Assembly (NCBI RefSeq): GCF_018350175.1
Contig: NC_058368.1
Coordinates: 171,184,001 to 171,248,000, forward strand
From: Felis catus
Lineage: Eukaryota
Direction of reading: 5' to 3'
DNA: 64,000 bases
The position numbers and the translations under genes are program-made. The notes below the pieces were generated by a model that had not been told where the DNA came from, ran no database searches, and saw nothing but the letters and a program-made list of their open reading frames with translations. Shown piece by piece: positions 1 through 13,469 of this stretch (positions are counted from its first letter, which is position 1; every line of letters begins with the position of its first letter).

Positions 1-219
1 ATGAAGTACCTATTATGAGCAAAGCATGCTCTGGAAAAGTATAAAGTCAGGAGTCCTGGGTTCTGGTTCTATCCTACCACTCCCTTTGGGACCTTGAGAA
101 AACCCTTTCCATTTGGGGGGCCATATTTACTTTACTAGTAAATTAGGAGATCCTTCTTTAAAATTCTATGTTCTGTGATGCAGTAAGTGTCATTGTTTTT
201 GCGGTGTGCAAATAGGACA

Positions 220-410
220 TTAAGACATTATAACCAGGCATCAAGAACATGTGCTCTGGACTCAGATCACCAAGGTTCAAATACTGGCTCCACTTTTTTA
301 GTCATTGTGTGCCCCTGAGCAACTCACTAAACTTCTCTGTGCCTAGATCCCTCATTGTAGACATAATAGAGTGCCTCCCCTCAGAGGTCTGTAGTAAAAA
401 CTGAAGGACA
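220..410 (+). mobile_element. MIR SINE remnant (interrupted by L1 fragments; its tail probably resumes at ~1005-1040)
   Basis: MIR core-like text: 'ggttcaaatactggctccact...tgtgtgcccctgagcaactcactaaacttctctgtgcctag'. Confidence 0.65.
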
Positions 411-429
411 AATAAAGAACTTGATACAA

Positions 430-990
430 AGGGGCATGAAGAAGCTGCCTGGGGGTGACAGGAGCATTCTTTATCTTGTTTGTGGTGGTGGCTATACTAC
501 TGCACACATTTATTAAAATTCATAGAACTACACCCAAAAAGGGTGAATTTACCTTAAAAGACCCCAGCTTATAAATAAAGGCCTGCTGTATTATTCCAAC
601 TATAGAATATTCTGGAAAAGGTAAAGCTATAGAGATAGTAGAAAAATCAGTTGTTGTCAGGGATTTGGGGATGGGGAGGCAGGGATGGATAGGTGGAGCA
701 TAAGGGATTTTTAGGGTAGTGAAACGATGCTGTACGATACTGTGACAGTAGATACAGGTCATTATACGGTTCTCAAAACCTGCAGAAAGTACAACACAAA
801 GAGTCAACACTAATGTAAGCTGTAGACTTTAGGTAATAATAATGGGTCAGGTTGGGTTCATTGATGATAACAAATGTACCACATGAATCCAAGACGTTAA
901 CGATACGGACATGTGTGAAATCCCCTTAGTTTCCACTCAAACTTTCTGTAAACCTGAAACTATCCTAAAAAATAAAATCTATTAACTTGT
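430..990 (+). mobile_element. Old L1 3'UTR fragments (L1ME-like ~430-570, L1MC-like ~580-990)
   Basis: Typical L1MC 3' end: 'attccaactatagaatattctggaaaaggtaaagctatagagatagta...ctgtaaacctgaaactatcctaaaaaataaaatctattaa'. Confidence 0.75.
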
Positions 991-2229
991 TTTTAAAAAG
1001 GTCTTTCACGGAAACAAGCACTAAGTTAGTTACTATTACTATTCCTTCCTTTGAAAACAACAACAAAGGATTTCTTTCTTAAAACCATGCCAAGGCACCT
1101 GGGCCTGGGCTACCCCTTGCAGGGGGAACGGAGCACATAGATGGGCAACAAAGAGCAGCCCCTCCCAATGCAAACTTCGTAAATACTGATTTTTTTAAAG
1201 GTGAATATAAACTCATCAATATCTCCTCTCTGAGCGTCTAAGGCCTGAACTGCACGGAAGCTGCTCTTTTCTCCTGAGCTGCTCATGTTCTCCATGATTC
1301 AGCCACAGATGCTCTTTCTCATTTCGTGATTGTGTCTGCTATTTTACCAAGGCACTGAAGACATGGAACAGCCAATTAAATATCATCACATTTTCAGTGC
1401 CCTTGGGAAAGCCATACAGGAAACAGACTGTGTTTATATCTCACACCTCTGGGGAGGCTGCATAAGCTGAAAGCAATGTAGGATTTTTCCTTCTCTTTAT
1501 TCTCAAAGAAGAATTAAAAACAAAAATCCAAGCCACACAGCCACCCAAAACAAACAAAAAAAATAGTTTCAAATATAGAAACACTCTCCATGATGAATAT
1601 GCATGTGGAAAAATTGTCCTAAAGTCTGTGAAAAATCTTACCGAAGCCTGTTTTATCTGAGGGGCTCAGCAGCTTTTGTTGCTCTGGGCTATTGGAGCAC
1701 ATACACCAAGTTCACCCCAGCATGAGCATGGGACCAACCCCGCTTGCGCTCTGCTGGGCAGTCCCTTGCAGGGTCACCTGCCAACGGAACCCCGGTTGAT
1801 GAGCTCACAGTGAGAAGTCTACGTGCTCCCTTGTCAGGGCCTTGTATCTCAGGCTCACTGTGATAAGGACTCTCTGGGGACCATATACACACTCCATAAC
1901 CTCCATGAGCTTCACGTGCTTCACTGGTAAGGCATGCGGATTAGACTAGAAAATCTCTAGGGTGCCTTCCAGCCCCATCATCCTTTGATTCCTAATTCCT
2001 ACTGGGGGTTTCTCCCAATCTGGAATACTACATTAAAATGTTTATAATCATTAATTATAATGATTATATAATTATTATATATAATTATATAATGATTAAT
2101 AATCATCTATCTATCCATCTATCAATTTCTATTTTTAATTTTATAAGACATGAAAATGGAAAAAAAAGCAAAAAAAAAAATCAAAAACAAACAAAAAAAC
2201 AAACAAACAAAAAAACAACACCTCACTTG

Positions 2230-2740
2230 ACACGTAAGGCCAGAATCCTTTTGATTACCATCTCCATTACCTTCCTTTCCACCCCTTCCCAGAAATAACC
2301 ACTGTTATTACTCTGCTTGCAGTCTTCCAGAACTTTTCACACCCCTATAGATGCATAGAAAAATAGGCAGGATTGTTTTTGGGTGTTTTACATAAATCAT
2401 ACCACTTTGTTTCATTCCGCAATTTGCTTTATCACTCAATAACAGGTCTTAAAGATCTCTCCATAATATGCCTCATTCTTTTTTAATAGCTAGGTGTCAT
2501 TCCACAATATGAGGACTGCTGCTTATTCATCCATCCCCTTACTGGTAGGTATATAGGTCACTGCATTTTTTCACTAATACAAAAAATGGTACAACCAATG
2601 CCTGCTGGTACATGAGTGAGTGAATTTCTCTAAGCTGGATATTAATAAATGGAATTGCTGAATTCATTAATTACTGCTTATTTTAATATGTACAACTAAA
2701 TTGTTTCAGAAAGTGTCTGTACCAAATAACATACCCATAG
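2230..2740 (-). mobile_element. Degenerate L1ME-like 3' fragment
   Basis: Antisense L1 motifs 'cctcattcttttttaatagct...attccaca...ttattcatccatcccct...ggaattgctg'. Confidence 0.55.
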
Positions 2741-2764
2741 GGGATCCATTTTCATGGTGCCATA

Positions 2765-2980
2765 TGGAATTATGGCTAAAAGCACAGGATCTGAAGACAG
2801 ACTGCATGCATTCACCCTTGTACCACCACTAATAGCTCAGGACCTTGGTCAAGGTAATTTCTCTGTAGCTCAGTTTCCGTGTATGTAAAATAGGAACAAA
2901 GCATTATCTTCATGACCAGTGGTTTTGAGGATTATTAGCACAGTTGCTGGCACATAGTAACTACTCCATGCTAGCTTTAA
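2765..2980 (+). mobile_element. MIR SINE
   Basis: 'accactaatagctcaggaccttggtcaaggtaatttctctgtagctcagtttccgtgtatgtaaaatagg...ctggcacatagtaa'. Confidence 0.7.
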
Positions 2981-2992
2981 TCATCATCACTT

Positions 2993-3212
2993 AAAAAAAT
3001 TTTTTTTTACATTTATTTATTTTTGAGAGACAGAGAGAGACAGAGCATGAGCAGGGGAGGGGCAGAGAGAGAGGGACACACGGAATCAGAAGCAGGCTCC
3101 AGGCTCCAAGCTGTCAGCACAGAGCCCAACACAGGGCTTGAACCCACAAACCGTGAGATCATGACCCGAGCCAAAGTCGGATGCTCAACTGACTGAGCCA
3201 CCCAGGTACCCC
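2993..3212 (-). mobile_element. CAN-SINE (SINEC_Fc type)
   Basis: Full head GGGGTACCTGGGTGGCTCAGTC on the minus strand, (CT)n region, A-rich tail; TSD catcatca[c/t]tt at 2982-2992 and 3213-3223. Confidence 0.95.
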
Positions 3213-5416
3213 CATCATCATTTTTACTAAAGCTTTGGTTTGAGATGCTTCAAGCTTCTTTACCGAATGGGTAGGCCTTCCCACCTCCCAAATCACTCCA
3301 TGAGTCAGGATTTTTCCAGACCCAGAGGTTAAATGCCTGCTGGGCTCATTTAACTCACACTTCTGATTCCTTCTCTGAAGTGAAGCCAGCAGGGCCCTGA
3401 CTGACAGGCCGCCAGTGCCTGTTTGTACAACAGTTTTTGCTAATGTAAATAGCTAAATGCAAACTGCAACATCTAAGAACCTTCAGGGGATTTGAGGACA
3501 TTCTTGGAGGAGGCTGATTTCATTAATATTACAGAAGCAGAACACCTTGGACACAGGCCACCCTGACCCCACATGCAAGGCCATCCCTGGGGTATGAATG
3601 AGGACAAATTGTACAGGACCACTCCTCCCCAGTGGTGCTTTTATGCAGGTAAAACCAGGCTATAATGAATGCCAAAGGCAGCTTGGAGGGGAAAAGAAAG
3701 GTGAAAGGAAACTATTTGCAACTGTAAAGATGTTTGTAAATAGACATAAGTCTTGTTTCCTCCACCCTATGTTTTGAAACAGACCTGAATGACAACAGAT
3801 TATAGATGAGCCAGCTTTGGTTAATTTGCTGAACACCAGCCGGAGAGGTCCCTCTCAGTCTGTGTGTCTGTCTGTCTGTCTGTCTGTCTTTCTCTCTCTG
3901 GTTGTATGCTAGTCCTCTTACCGTGGAGGGAGGAGGAAGCAAGGTAGAGAATCTGGGGTGTTTCTACTTAGGGTCCTGTCTGCCCACATAGACAATGCCT
4001 CCAGAGATCTAGCTGTGCTGTCCCTGTTTTCAAGTGAATATAAAATATGAACATAGTTTTTTTTTTTTTTTACCTATCTTTACAGAAAAATATACTGACG
4101 TCCAAAGAGTTAAGTTCACACAGAGAGTGTCAAAGCCACAATAAGCTCTAAGTGTCTTGTTTTGCAGCCCAATGCCCTTTCCATACATAAAAGACACAAC
4201 TAAAAGCAAATTCACAACCTTATATTGAGGCTCCTAAGGCATGAATTCATTCTTGGACAGTTGCCTTGAACTTTGGTCTTTCATAAAAAGTACTGTGAAG
4301 CAGTATGGTGGGTGATTAAGAACAAAGATTGGGACTATCGCCAACTTCACTCAATCCCAGAGCCCACACTCTTAACTGCTTTCCACACTGCCTTTACTAA
4401 CAGGAACACAGTACACCCTTAGCTCAACTATCTGACGACCTGTCAGTGCCTACTGGTACCCAAAGAATCACCATGTTGATTGTCAAGGCATCTAAATTTG
4501 CCTATTTTATGGCATCAAAATGACAAAAATGAAATGGATTGAAAGATTTTGTCCAGAGTTATCAAAAGAACATTTAAACTTAAGTCTTTATCTTCTTTTC
4601 AGCTTCCTTGCGACAAAAAAGGAGATGATAAGTATAGGCATTGTTTGATTGATTGACTGTACTTTCAATATACAGCTGTTGTCAACTGTGTGGTAGATTG
4701 TGTTTGTAAGTTTGATACCAACTTCTATACTTCTTAATTTTAAGTTCTTTTGTTTCTGTATGTTTCAATTTAATCTCGTCCTAATTTTTCTATTTATAGA
4801 AACATGCTAGTTAAATATTGCTGCACGTTGATAAAACACAGATGTAACAGGAAATTTCCACAGAATTCAAAGAGCATGTGCTGGATTTCCAAATGGAAGC
4901 TGGCCTGCACATTTTCTTGGAAAGCAGGGTTGGGAGTGCCAAGAGTAAGCATGGAAGTCTTTAGATGAAAGTGACTGCTTGTCACCCCTACACTGTGGGA
5001 CACAGAGGTCACTACATCAGAAGTTTACCTGGGGAGGAACTAGACCAGGCACTGGGGCCACTGAGTGCAAAGCTGTGTGGTACTGGCTTCACTAAAAGCA
5101 TAAGGAACACTCATTACAGACTAGAGAATCGAATCTCAGTTGCTAACACAATGGATAGTTGTTCAGTGCAGATTATGGTTCTCTTCCTCTGAACTTTGAC
5201 CTTAAAATCAGTATCACATAACTTAGCATTTAGTGAAAAATTGAGCATATACTCAATACTCCCTGAATCAAACTCTAGTAGCTTCATATGATTTGGTTTT
5301 ACCAACCAAATAAGCCTTAAGCCTCTTGAGTGTGTGGATCACATGTTATTCTAACCTTAGCCAGGTGTTAGGGGGCTGGGTGTAGGGCAGGCAAGCAATA
5401 AAAATATCTGATTACT

Positions 5417-5618
5417 GGGGCACCTGGGTGGCTCAGTCAGTTAAGTGTCTGACTTCAGCTCAGGTCACGATCTCACGGTTTGTGAGTTCGAGCCCTGGGT
5501 TGGGCTCTGTGCTGACAGCTCAAGAGCCTGGAGCCTACTTGACTCTGTGCCTCCCTCTCTCTCTATCCCTCCCCGACTAGTGCTCTGTCTCTCAAAAATA
5601 AATGAATGTAAAAAAAAA
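5417..5618 (+). mobile_element. CAN-SINE (SINEC_Fc type)
   Basis: Head ggggcacctgggtggctcagtcagtt, B-box gagttcgagccc, A tail; TSD atctgattact at 5406-5416 and 5619-5629. Confidence 0.95.
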
Positions 5619-6062
5619 ATCTGATTACTAAATTGTCTTTCTTGGGACAAAAGGATTTCCTTGAGCTGGTTTCTGTTCACTACACTCTGAAATATAAACT
5701 CCATGAATAGATGCATTTTTGGCTGTCTTGTTCATCACTATATCCCCAGTTACTAGAAAAGTGAACAGAACATAGTAAGAACTCAATAAAATATGTGTTG
5801 AATGGAAAAATAAATGAATGCATGTGTGGTTTTTCATTGTCCCCTGGATGGCAGCAGAGAGGAAATGGTAGCACAGAAAAGCAACAGGAAATGGCCACAG
5901 CCATTGCCCGAAGTAGCAGCCCTTCCAATGCCGAGCCTGAAATCAACTGAAAAGTACATTAAAAATGACCCTTGTGACCCTCTACTATTTGAATCTACTT
6001 TAGAACATTTTAAAACACTCCTTTCAGGCTGCGACACCTAAAAATGAGAAAATGACTTAGAG

Positions 6063-6501
6063 CAATGGCTCTCAAGAGAGGTCCTTGGAAACAGCATTAG
6101 CACCACCGAAAACTTGTTAAAAATCACATTTTCAAGCATTACATCAGAACTACTGAATCATAAATTTTGGAGGTAGGCCAGCAATAATAATTTATTATAT
6201 TATTATTATTATTATTATTATTTTGGAAAGAGAGAAAAACCAGGGAGAGGCAGAGGGAGGAAGGTCAGGAAGGAGGGAGAGAGAGAGAGACAGAGAGAAA
6301 GAGAGAGAGAGAAGCTTAAGCAGGCTCCATGACCAGCATGGAGCCCAACACAGGGCTTGATCCCACAACCCTGGGATCATGACATGAGCTGAAATCAAGA
6401 GTCAGATGTTCAAATAACTGAGCCACTCAGGCACTCCAGCAATCTGTGTTTTAATAGGTTCTCCAGGTGAGTCCAATCATGCTAAAGTTTGAGAATTACT
6501 G
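6063..6501 (+). mobile_element. MER5A hAT-Charlie non-autonomous DNA transposon, split by a SINE
   Basis: TIR-like ends caatggctctcaa / ttgagaattactg; internal 'ctactgaatca...ccagcaatctgtgttttaa...ctccaggtga'. Confidence 0.85.
6186..6436 (-). mobile_element. CAN-SINE (older SINEC type) nested in MER5A
   Basis: Minus-strand SINE body with (TAT)n tail; TSD ccagcaat at 6178-6185 and 6436-6443. Confidence 0.9.
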
Positions 6502-9500
6502 ACCTAGAAGTCCATGGTCCTTGTTTATGTAGCCCCCACTCCCAACCCCATCCCCGGACCCTCCACCAGTCTCCACAAAGTGAGGTTCTCTCGATTTTAT
6601 TCCTTTTTATGTCTATCTACATGATCTGGATTTTCTGCAACCTAGGTCTTTCCAACCAAGTCCAGGTTGCCTGGTCTAGTCTCATTCTCTATGTCCAAGA
6701 GCATCTGGTCCAGCTTTTGTCTGTGAGGAACAGGGTAACACTCATAAAGGGACTCTAGAAAAAAAGCTTTAGCAAAGTTTCTAAGAAATTGGGAGCTAGT
6801 AGGGACTTTGGGAATCTTAAGTTCTGAATCATTTGTTTTGCACATGAGGAAAATGAATCTCAAAGACACTAAATAATTTAGCCAAGACCAAAGACAGTTA
6901 AAAGATTAGAATTCAATCTGGTCATGTAGATTAGCCTTCCCCACCATTACTGCAAAATGCCCCACATACCCTTATATTTACACTTATGATGTTTATTTCT
7001 AGAGCATCCAACACCAACAAGAGTACACAGAAGAACGTTTTTTTGTCATAATGTTTCTCACAAAAAACTCCATCTTCATTCCCATTTCCCACCAAGAAAC
7101 CTTCAACAAAGTAAAAGGCCACATATGGATGACCAGCCAAAGGACTGGTCTTGAAAAATAAATGACCAACTTTGGACAAAATATCCTAAACATCTGCAGC
7201 TCTGGGGGTCAATTCTGCTGCCTACATGCTTCTGACAACATAGCTGACAGAGAATGTGAATTCTTGGGGCTGAAAGAAGTAGTTAAAGAGGTCATTTTGA
7301 ATGCTTCAAATTATAGCATACTAAGCATCTCCCTTATCTCTCACCCACAAAAAAGCCCTTATCTGAGAAAGAGTCATTTTGAGCAAAGATTTTAGTCTTT
7401 AGCTGTTAGAGACTAAACAAGGGACTCCACAGTACTAGGTAGACACTAGTTCTGGCTAGCCAAAGAAAATCTCAGGCACAATTGAAATGTTGCAGCTTAA
7501 GATCTATCCACAGAAAGGGAAATGCTAACAAGTTTAGACAGGAGAAACTGCTTTCAGAATAAAAAGTTTTGCCAAGGAAAAAAGCATATTTGAGTCAGAG
7601 ATGAGAATATGCCAGGCAGCTGTGTCCCACAGCATCTCCTCTTGCTGTTTAGTATAAATTAGGAAACTGAAGCTCCTTAGAGGCCACAGGGAATGAAGCT
7701 AGGAAGACAGGTCTTAAAAGGGCAATGCTAATGAACCCATAGATCTGCTAGGGATCCAGAACCAGGCACAGCCTTTCCCCTGCTGGCTCACCCCTCTCCC
7801 ACCCTGCCATACCTGTTGGTATTTATTTTTCCAAGGACTGCGAGAGGAGGTCAAGCCCGGCCATGCTGAAAACAGAATGGTTCCAGGAATCTTGCTGAGA
7901 AGTCCAAAAATATCTACCATCCCACAGGCAACTTTATCTGCCCAGTATTTTAATCAGGTCATCCGACTACTAACAGTGCCTGGTAATTTTTCTTGGGGCA
8001 GTGAACATAAACCTAAACGAATTCAGGATAATGTTGTACATTTTTATTAGTATTCTTACTTCTTATCAATTTGGATCTATAGGCCCACCAAATTTTCTTT
8101 CAGATTTCAGGCCTTTAGGCTCATTTACAGGACAGACCAATACTCTGGAGCCTTACTTTTGATTCTCCTATTGCATGCAAGTTGCATAATCATGTTGTAA
8201 GTGAAAAATGATGTTGTAATGAAATCCTTCTAGGACTTCCAGGAATAAACTTTCTTAAATGGGGTCCAAGATGAAATAGCCTTACACTAAATTCAAGGCT
8301 TATAGCAACTATTTCAAGGCACCAGTGTGAGAGTGTGTGCACTTGGGAAATAGGAGACACTCCCTTTGAGTTCTCTGTGTCCACAAATAATGCCACTGTC
8401 TTCTGCAGGCTACACCGAAAACCTTGGCATCCCCTTGGACTGCCTCTTCCCATCACTTATATCCAACATTTCACCAAGACCTATCATGTGTTTCCTTGAA
8501 ATATTTCTTCCATTTATACCTTCTTGTCCATTCTATTTGCACTTTAGTCCTGGGTCTCATCAGATAGTGCTTAGATTACTGCATAAATCTCCTAGCTAGC
8601 TTCCCAGATTCCAGCCTCTCCCTCCTTTAATCTGTCACAAATTCAGCTTCCAATCTATATAGAATGGAAAAATCTTTTTTGCCAATTTTTAGGGCAATAT
8701 ATAACAAGGTTCATATTTTATATTTTAAACAGTATTTCTTATTCTTCATCCAACATACAATAGACATCATTTTTAAAAAAGCATAGTGAAAAATTGTTGT
8801 CTTAGGAAGGAATGAGATAATTCAGATGAAACATCCTTATGTATTCAGAAACATTATACCAATGTAAAGAATTAAAGAAAAAAGTCTTTCAGAAACACTT
8901 GAGAAACATTTGTAACAGGCTTATGCATAATTTTATGGTTCACTGTTTATAAAAAATGTCAACAATGAATGCTCCAGATATTGGATCAAGATGGTGCTCT
9001 GAGAACACACTTTTGCCCTAAATACCTAAACGTGACAGAAAAGAATCTGAAAATCCTGAAAATAAAGAAAAATCACAAAATGATTAGGAATCCCTGAAGA
9101 AAACCAACTACAAAGAAATAATGGATAAAACCACAGTCTAGAATGCATTTAGAAGAGAACTGCTCTTAGAGTGGAAAATATCAAAGGCACCTGAAGCTCA
9201 GAGACTTCAGGTACAGAGATTAGGAAGTGTTCCTGTTAGAACTGCCTTGGTGGTAGCTTTGGATTCTGCTTTTGAAATAGCCAAATGTGTCGTGTTCCTT
9301 CTCTAACTTCTGTGTGGGCTAAGTGGTGGCTACAAAGGTCTTTGCCCCCAGGCTAATGCATGGGATTCTTGGGTAAGAAAGATGTGGCAGTGACTCTGGT
9401 GGCTATTTGATACATAAGGGGGAATGCTTGTGCTAATAACAAGGAGAAATCGATGCCACATACCTAGAATACTCAAGGCAAGCATAATTTCAGTGAAGTC

Positions 9501-9929
9501 TTTGATTTACCTGGAGCTAATTAAGCTCCATTCTTTTCTGTGCCCATTTTGTATCTTCTACAGATCTCCCTTATATCAATTATTATATTGAATCATATTT
9601 GATAACAGAAAGAGGCAATAACAAATATAAATGCCATTTTATGATTAGATTTCAGACCTATGAGAACACAGCAGCTTTTGTATCGCTATAGAATACAACT
9701 CAAAATGCTTTTCCTTGGGTTTTCTTAGACTCTAGTCTAATAGGACAGCCATGGCTTATAATCAATTAAAGACAGACATAAAACTACCCATTGCATAATT
9801 ATTTGCTTATAATTGCCACAAGTAAACAACGAAGAGAGCAAAAATCAAGAGACCAAGTGTAGCTCATCTAATCCCAACACAGAGTAGGTTTGCTAAGGTA
9901 ATCAGGAGGCTAGATTATCTGAGGCATTA

Positions 9930-10980
9930 GAAGACATATTAAATATCTTGATATTGATTCCAACAGCAAGGCCCTTGAAAGTTTTCAATCAGGGATTGAT
10001 ATGATCTTATTTTCAATTATAAAAGATCACACTGGGTTATGGGTAGACATAGAGTCAAGAGAAGCAAGAATGAACCCTAGCAGGCCAGTTAAAAAGCTGT
10101 GGTAGTTGGGTGCCTGGGTGGCCCAGTTGGTTAAGCGTCTGACTTCAGCTCAGATCATGTTCTCAAGGCTTGGTGAGTTTGAGCCCTTTATGGGGCTGTC
10201 TGCCATCAGCACAGAGCCTGCTTGGCTCAGAGTCATATTGTTCACTGCTCTCTCTGTCCCTCCCCCACTAGCTCTTGCTCTCTCTCTCTCTCTCTGTCTC
10301 TCTCTCAAAAAATAAAAAACAACAACAACAAAGCATTAAAAAAAAAAAGCTGTGGTGGTATTCAGGTGAAAGTGGTGGTGGTTAGGTGCAGAATGATGGT
10401 AGTAGAAATAGATAAAGTTGAAAAACATAAAGAATAAGAATTAAAATCAAGGCAATTTGGTGATGGAATAGATGTAGAGAGTGAATGAGAGAGAATGATC
10501 TCCTGGTCTCTCTTTGGTGGTAGTGCCATTCATGGAAGTATACTACACTAGAAGGAAAAAAGAGACTGAGTTCAGTTTTTTATGTGCTGAAGGTGAGATC
10601 CCCATAAAACATCCAAATGGAGAGGTTGAAGTAGGAAGTTAAGTTGCTGGATACCCAGGCTTGGAAGTCAGAAAAAAGTTCTGTGCTGAAAGTATACATT
10701 TGGAAATTGTCCTTTTCCAGAAGATTGAAGACTTGAGCATAGATAATTTTGCTTAGAGAGAATATTAGTAAGAAAAAAAGAAAGTCTAGAACTAAACCTT
10801 AAGAAACTAACACCTAAAGTTTGAGGCTAGGAGGATGAGACAATGAGTCTGAGAAATGGTAGCCAGAGAAGTGAGAAACTATGAGAGTGCAGTCTCACTG
10901 AATCGAGGGGCAGTGATTTCAAGAAGCAATCATAATTAATGTCAATTGGTGATGAGAAGCTGAATAAGATAAAGACCTTT
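9930..10980 (-). mobile_element. L2 LINE remnant (contains a SINE)
   Basis: L2-like text 'gagttcagttttt...tgctgaaggtgagatcccc...acatccaaatggagaggttg...ggataccc...atacatttggaa'. Confidence 0.6.
10107..10343 (+). mobile_element. CAN-SINE
   Basis: Head gggtgcctgggtggcccagttggttaagcg, (CT)n, A tail; TSD aaaaagctgtggt[a/g]gt on both sides. Confidence 0.93.
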
Positions 10981-10994
10981 CCAATGATCTGCTA

Positions 10995-11335
10995 TTCCTA
11001 TCTAAAATGGCTCAGACACACGGCCAGCAAGCTGGTGCTAGCTTTCAACTGGAAACTCAGTTGGGACTGTCACTGGAATCCTCAGTTCTTCTCCATAAGG
11101 ACCACTCTATGAGCACTGTTTGGGTTTCTTCACACCATGGCAACCTGCTCCAACAGCAAGTGTTCTAACATATAGGAAGTCTCTTAGGGTATGAGCTTAG
11201 AGAATGGCACAATATGTCTACTATATTCTATTGGTCAAGCAGTCATATCGTTCACCAAGATTTGATGGTCTGGGACACAGACCGCAATTTTTGAAAGACA
11301 ATTGTCAGAGAAATCATGGCAGTTTTAGTCTAACA
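10995..11335 (-). mobile_element. MaLR LTR remnant (MLT1H-like)
   Basis: 'cctcagttcttctccat...tgggtttcttcacaccatggc...tattctattggtcaagcagtca'. Confidence 0.55.
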
Positions 11336-12432
11336 TAGACGTCAATATTTGACATATACAATCTATTCATTACCACATGATTTATAAACAGAAAAGATTG
11401 GATATAACCTAAACAATCATCATTAGGATCCTAGTTAAGTAAATTTATTTAAATTTATAAAATAAAATACTAGCTACCCATTAAAAAACAATGGGGATAC
11501 TTTTAATACATTATAGAAATTTTAGTATGAGATGTTATTGGGTTCAAAAAGCAAGATTAGAACAGTTTGCATAGTATGTTAGCATTTATGTAAAAGAAGG
11601 GAAATAGAATGCATTTGTACTTACTTGTATATGCATAAAACATCCAGAACATGCATACTCAAAGCATTATATCACCGCCAACAGAGCAAAACTTAGTTGT
11701 TGGGTGGGGGGAAAATCTTAATATTTTTATACATAAAGCACAGTTACATAGTGCAAAATCAGATGTACACCATATCTGCATATTAAACTTTGGGTTTTAA
11801 TATTTTTTAATATTTAATAACTTTGGGTTTAAAATTTTTCATCATTTAATCAGGAAAAAAAATGTCTTCAAAGGCTGCTTGGTGGGTTGATGATGAAAAA
11901 AATTTGCGAAACATTGATCTAGGATATAAAGAAATGAGTCTAAATGGTTGTCTGAAAGGGTAGACATAGGTCACTGAAGTAAGAAAGCAATGAGAACGAG
12001 CATTTTAAGTTGTACTCTTTCATATTGTTTGATATTAGAACCATGGGAAGATGATATCTACAAAAATTTAAATTAAAAAATAAAATGTAAAAGGAAGTTA
12101 TCCTTTTTATTTAATCGTAAAATATCACTGAATAGGAGCTCTTTTAGCAAAAATCACAGTATATACAAATCTTACGCTAAAAAGTCTACTCTGGGCAAGG
12201 AATTAATAAATTTCGCTTAGTTATCTTGAATATTCAAAAGGGGGGCTGGTAAAGTGACACTTTATGTCAAACTTTAAAAGTCAGTTATTATGATTATATA
12301 TTCAAGGGAAACAGTTTTGAAAGACAGGTTAGTGTACGTACCTGCTTCATTGTGAATGGATAGAGAGCATGTTCCCATCCAAGGGGTGTGAGGGACCACT
12401 AGAGTTTTCTCAATGCTGAAGTGTTTCCTTCT

Positions 12433-12546
12433 TTTTTTTTTTTTTAAAGATTTTTAAGTAACCTGTACACTGAATGTGGGGCTCAAACTCACAACCCCAA
12501 GACCAAGAGTTGCATACTTCACTGACTGCACCATCCAGGCGCCTTT
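12433..12546 (-). mobile_element. Short tRNA-derived CAN-SINE variant
   Basis: Minus-strand A/B boxes and poly(T), with no CT tract; TSD aagtgtt[t/c]ccttct. Confidence 0.85.
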
Positions 12547-13469
12547 AAAGTGTTCCCTTCTTCACACTCCAGGATTAGAGGAGCAGCTCTAAGATCTCGA
12601 GAGGTTAATACAATAGGAATAATAAAAGTCCGTAGCAACATATAGATTTGGGAAAAAAATCTTTTAACATGTACCAATGGCACAATTTATGCTACAGAGG
12701 AATGTGGCCATGGAGAATGTTGGGCAATTTTCCTGTTGTTTGGCTTACCCATATAGAAAACTGGCTGAGTAAACATGTCCTTGCTGTAATCTGTGCTCCT
12801 TACCACTGAAAATCCACAGTAGGATTGTAGCTCTTCAACTGCTAAGGTCACCAGGGAAGGAGCAACATTAGACTTAACCCTGATATGTGGATGGCAGTAT
12901 GTAATACTGGGAGCTGGACCATGTCCTCGAGGGAATCAGCCTCACCCAGTGTTGTAAGTAGCAGCCCACAACACAGGCCACATGGTGCTATGTTGCCACC
13001 AGGACAGAGTGAAATGATAAGAAATTTGGAAGCAGTGAACGCTTATGACTTAGCCTAATACTGGCCTTGCAAAATAGTGGCTATTTTGTTATCAGGGTTC
13101 CTATCTTCTTCCAAAGATCCCAGTTGATACTGATGAAGCTAACTTAATTGCATAGAAATTCCACAGAGACTACATGGACACAAAGCCCTGAAAATACAAA
13201 GCACACATAGACCATCCATCATTTTCCAGATTTACACCCAGGTCACTTTATGTGCAGCTCTGATCACAACTGTCTTTTAGAAAAGACTGAATACATGTGG
13301 TGCAGCCTAAACCGTAAGTTCTGTTCAACAATGTATACAAGCTAATGCTGAAAAGCACTATGGGGATACATAGCCACTCCCAGCCAACTTTGGATGCACT
13401 CCATTGCCTTGAAATACAGAGCTCTCTTGTGGGTTTCTCTATGGACACTCAGCTAGGAGTTGTTAGAAA

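Noticed and set aside
7390..7417. Inverted repeat tttagtct...agactaaa
   Set aside because: An 8-bp AT-rich stem is at chance level.
11786..11832. Short direct repeat aactttgggttt
   Set aside because: A 12-bp duplication in AT-rich degenerate repeat sequence; trivial slippage.
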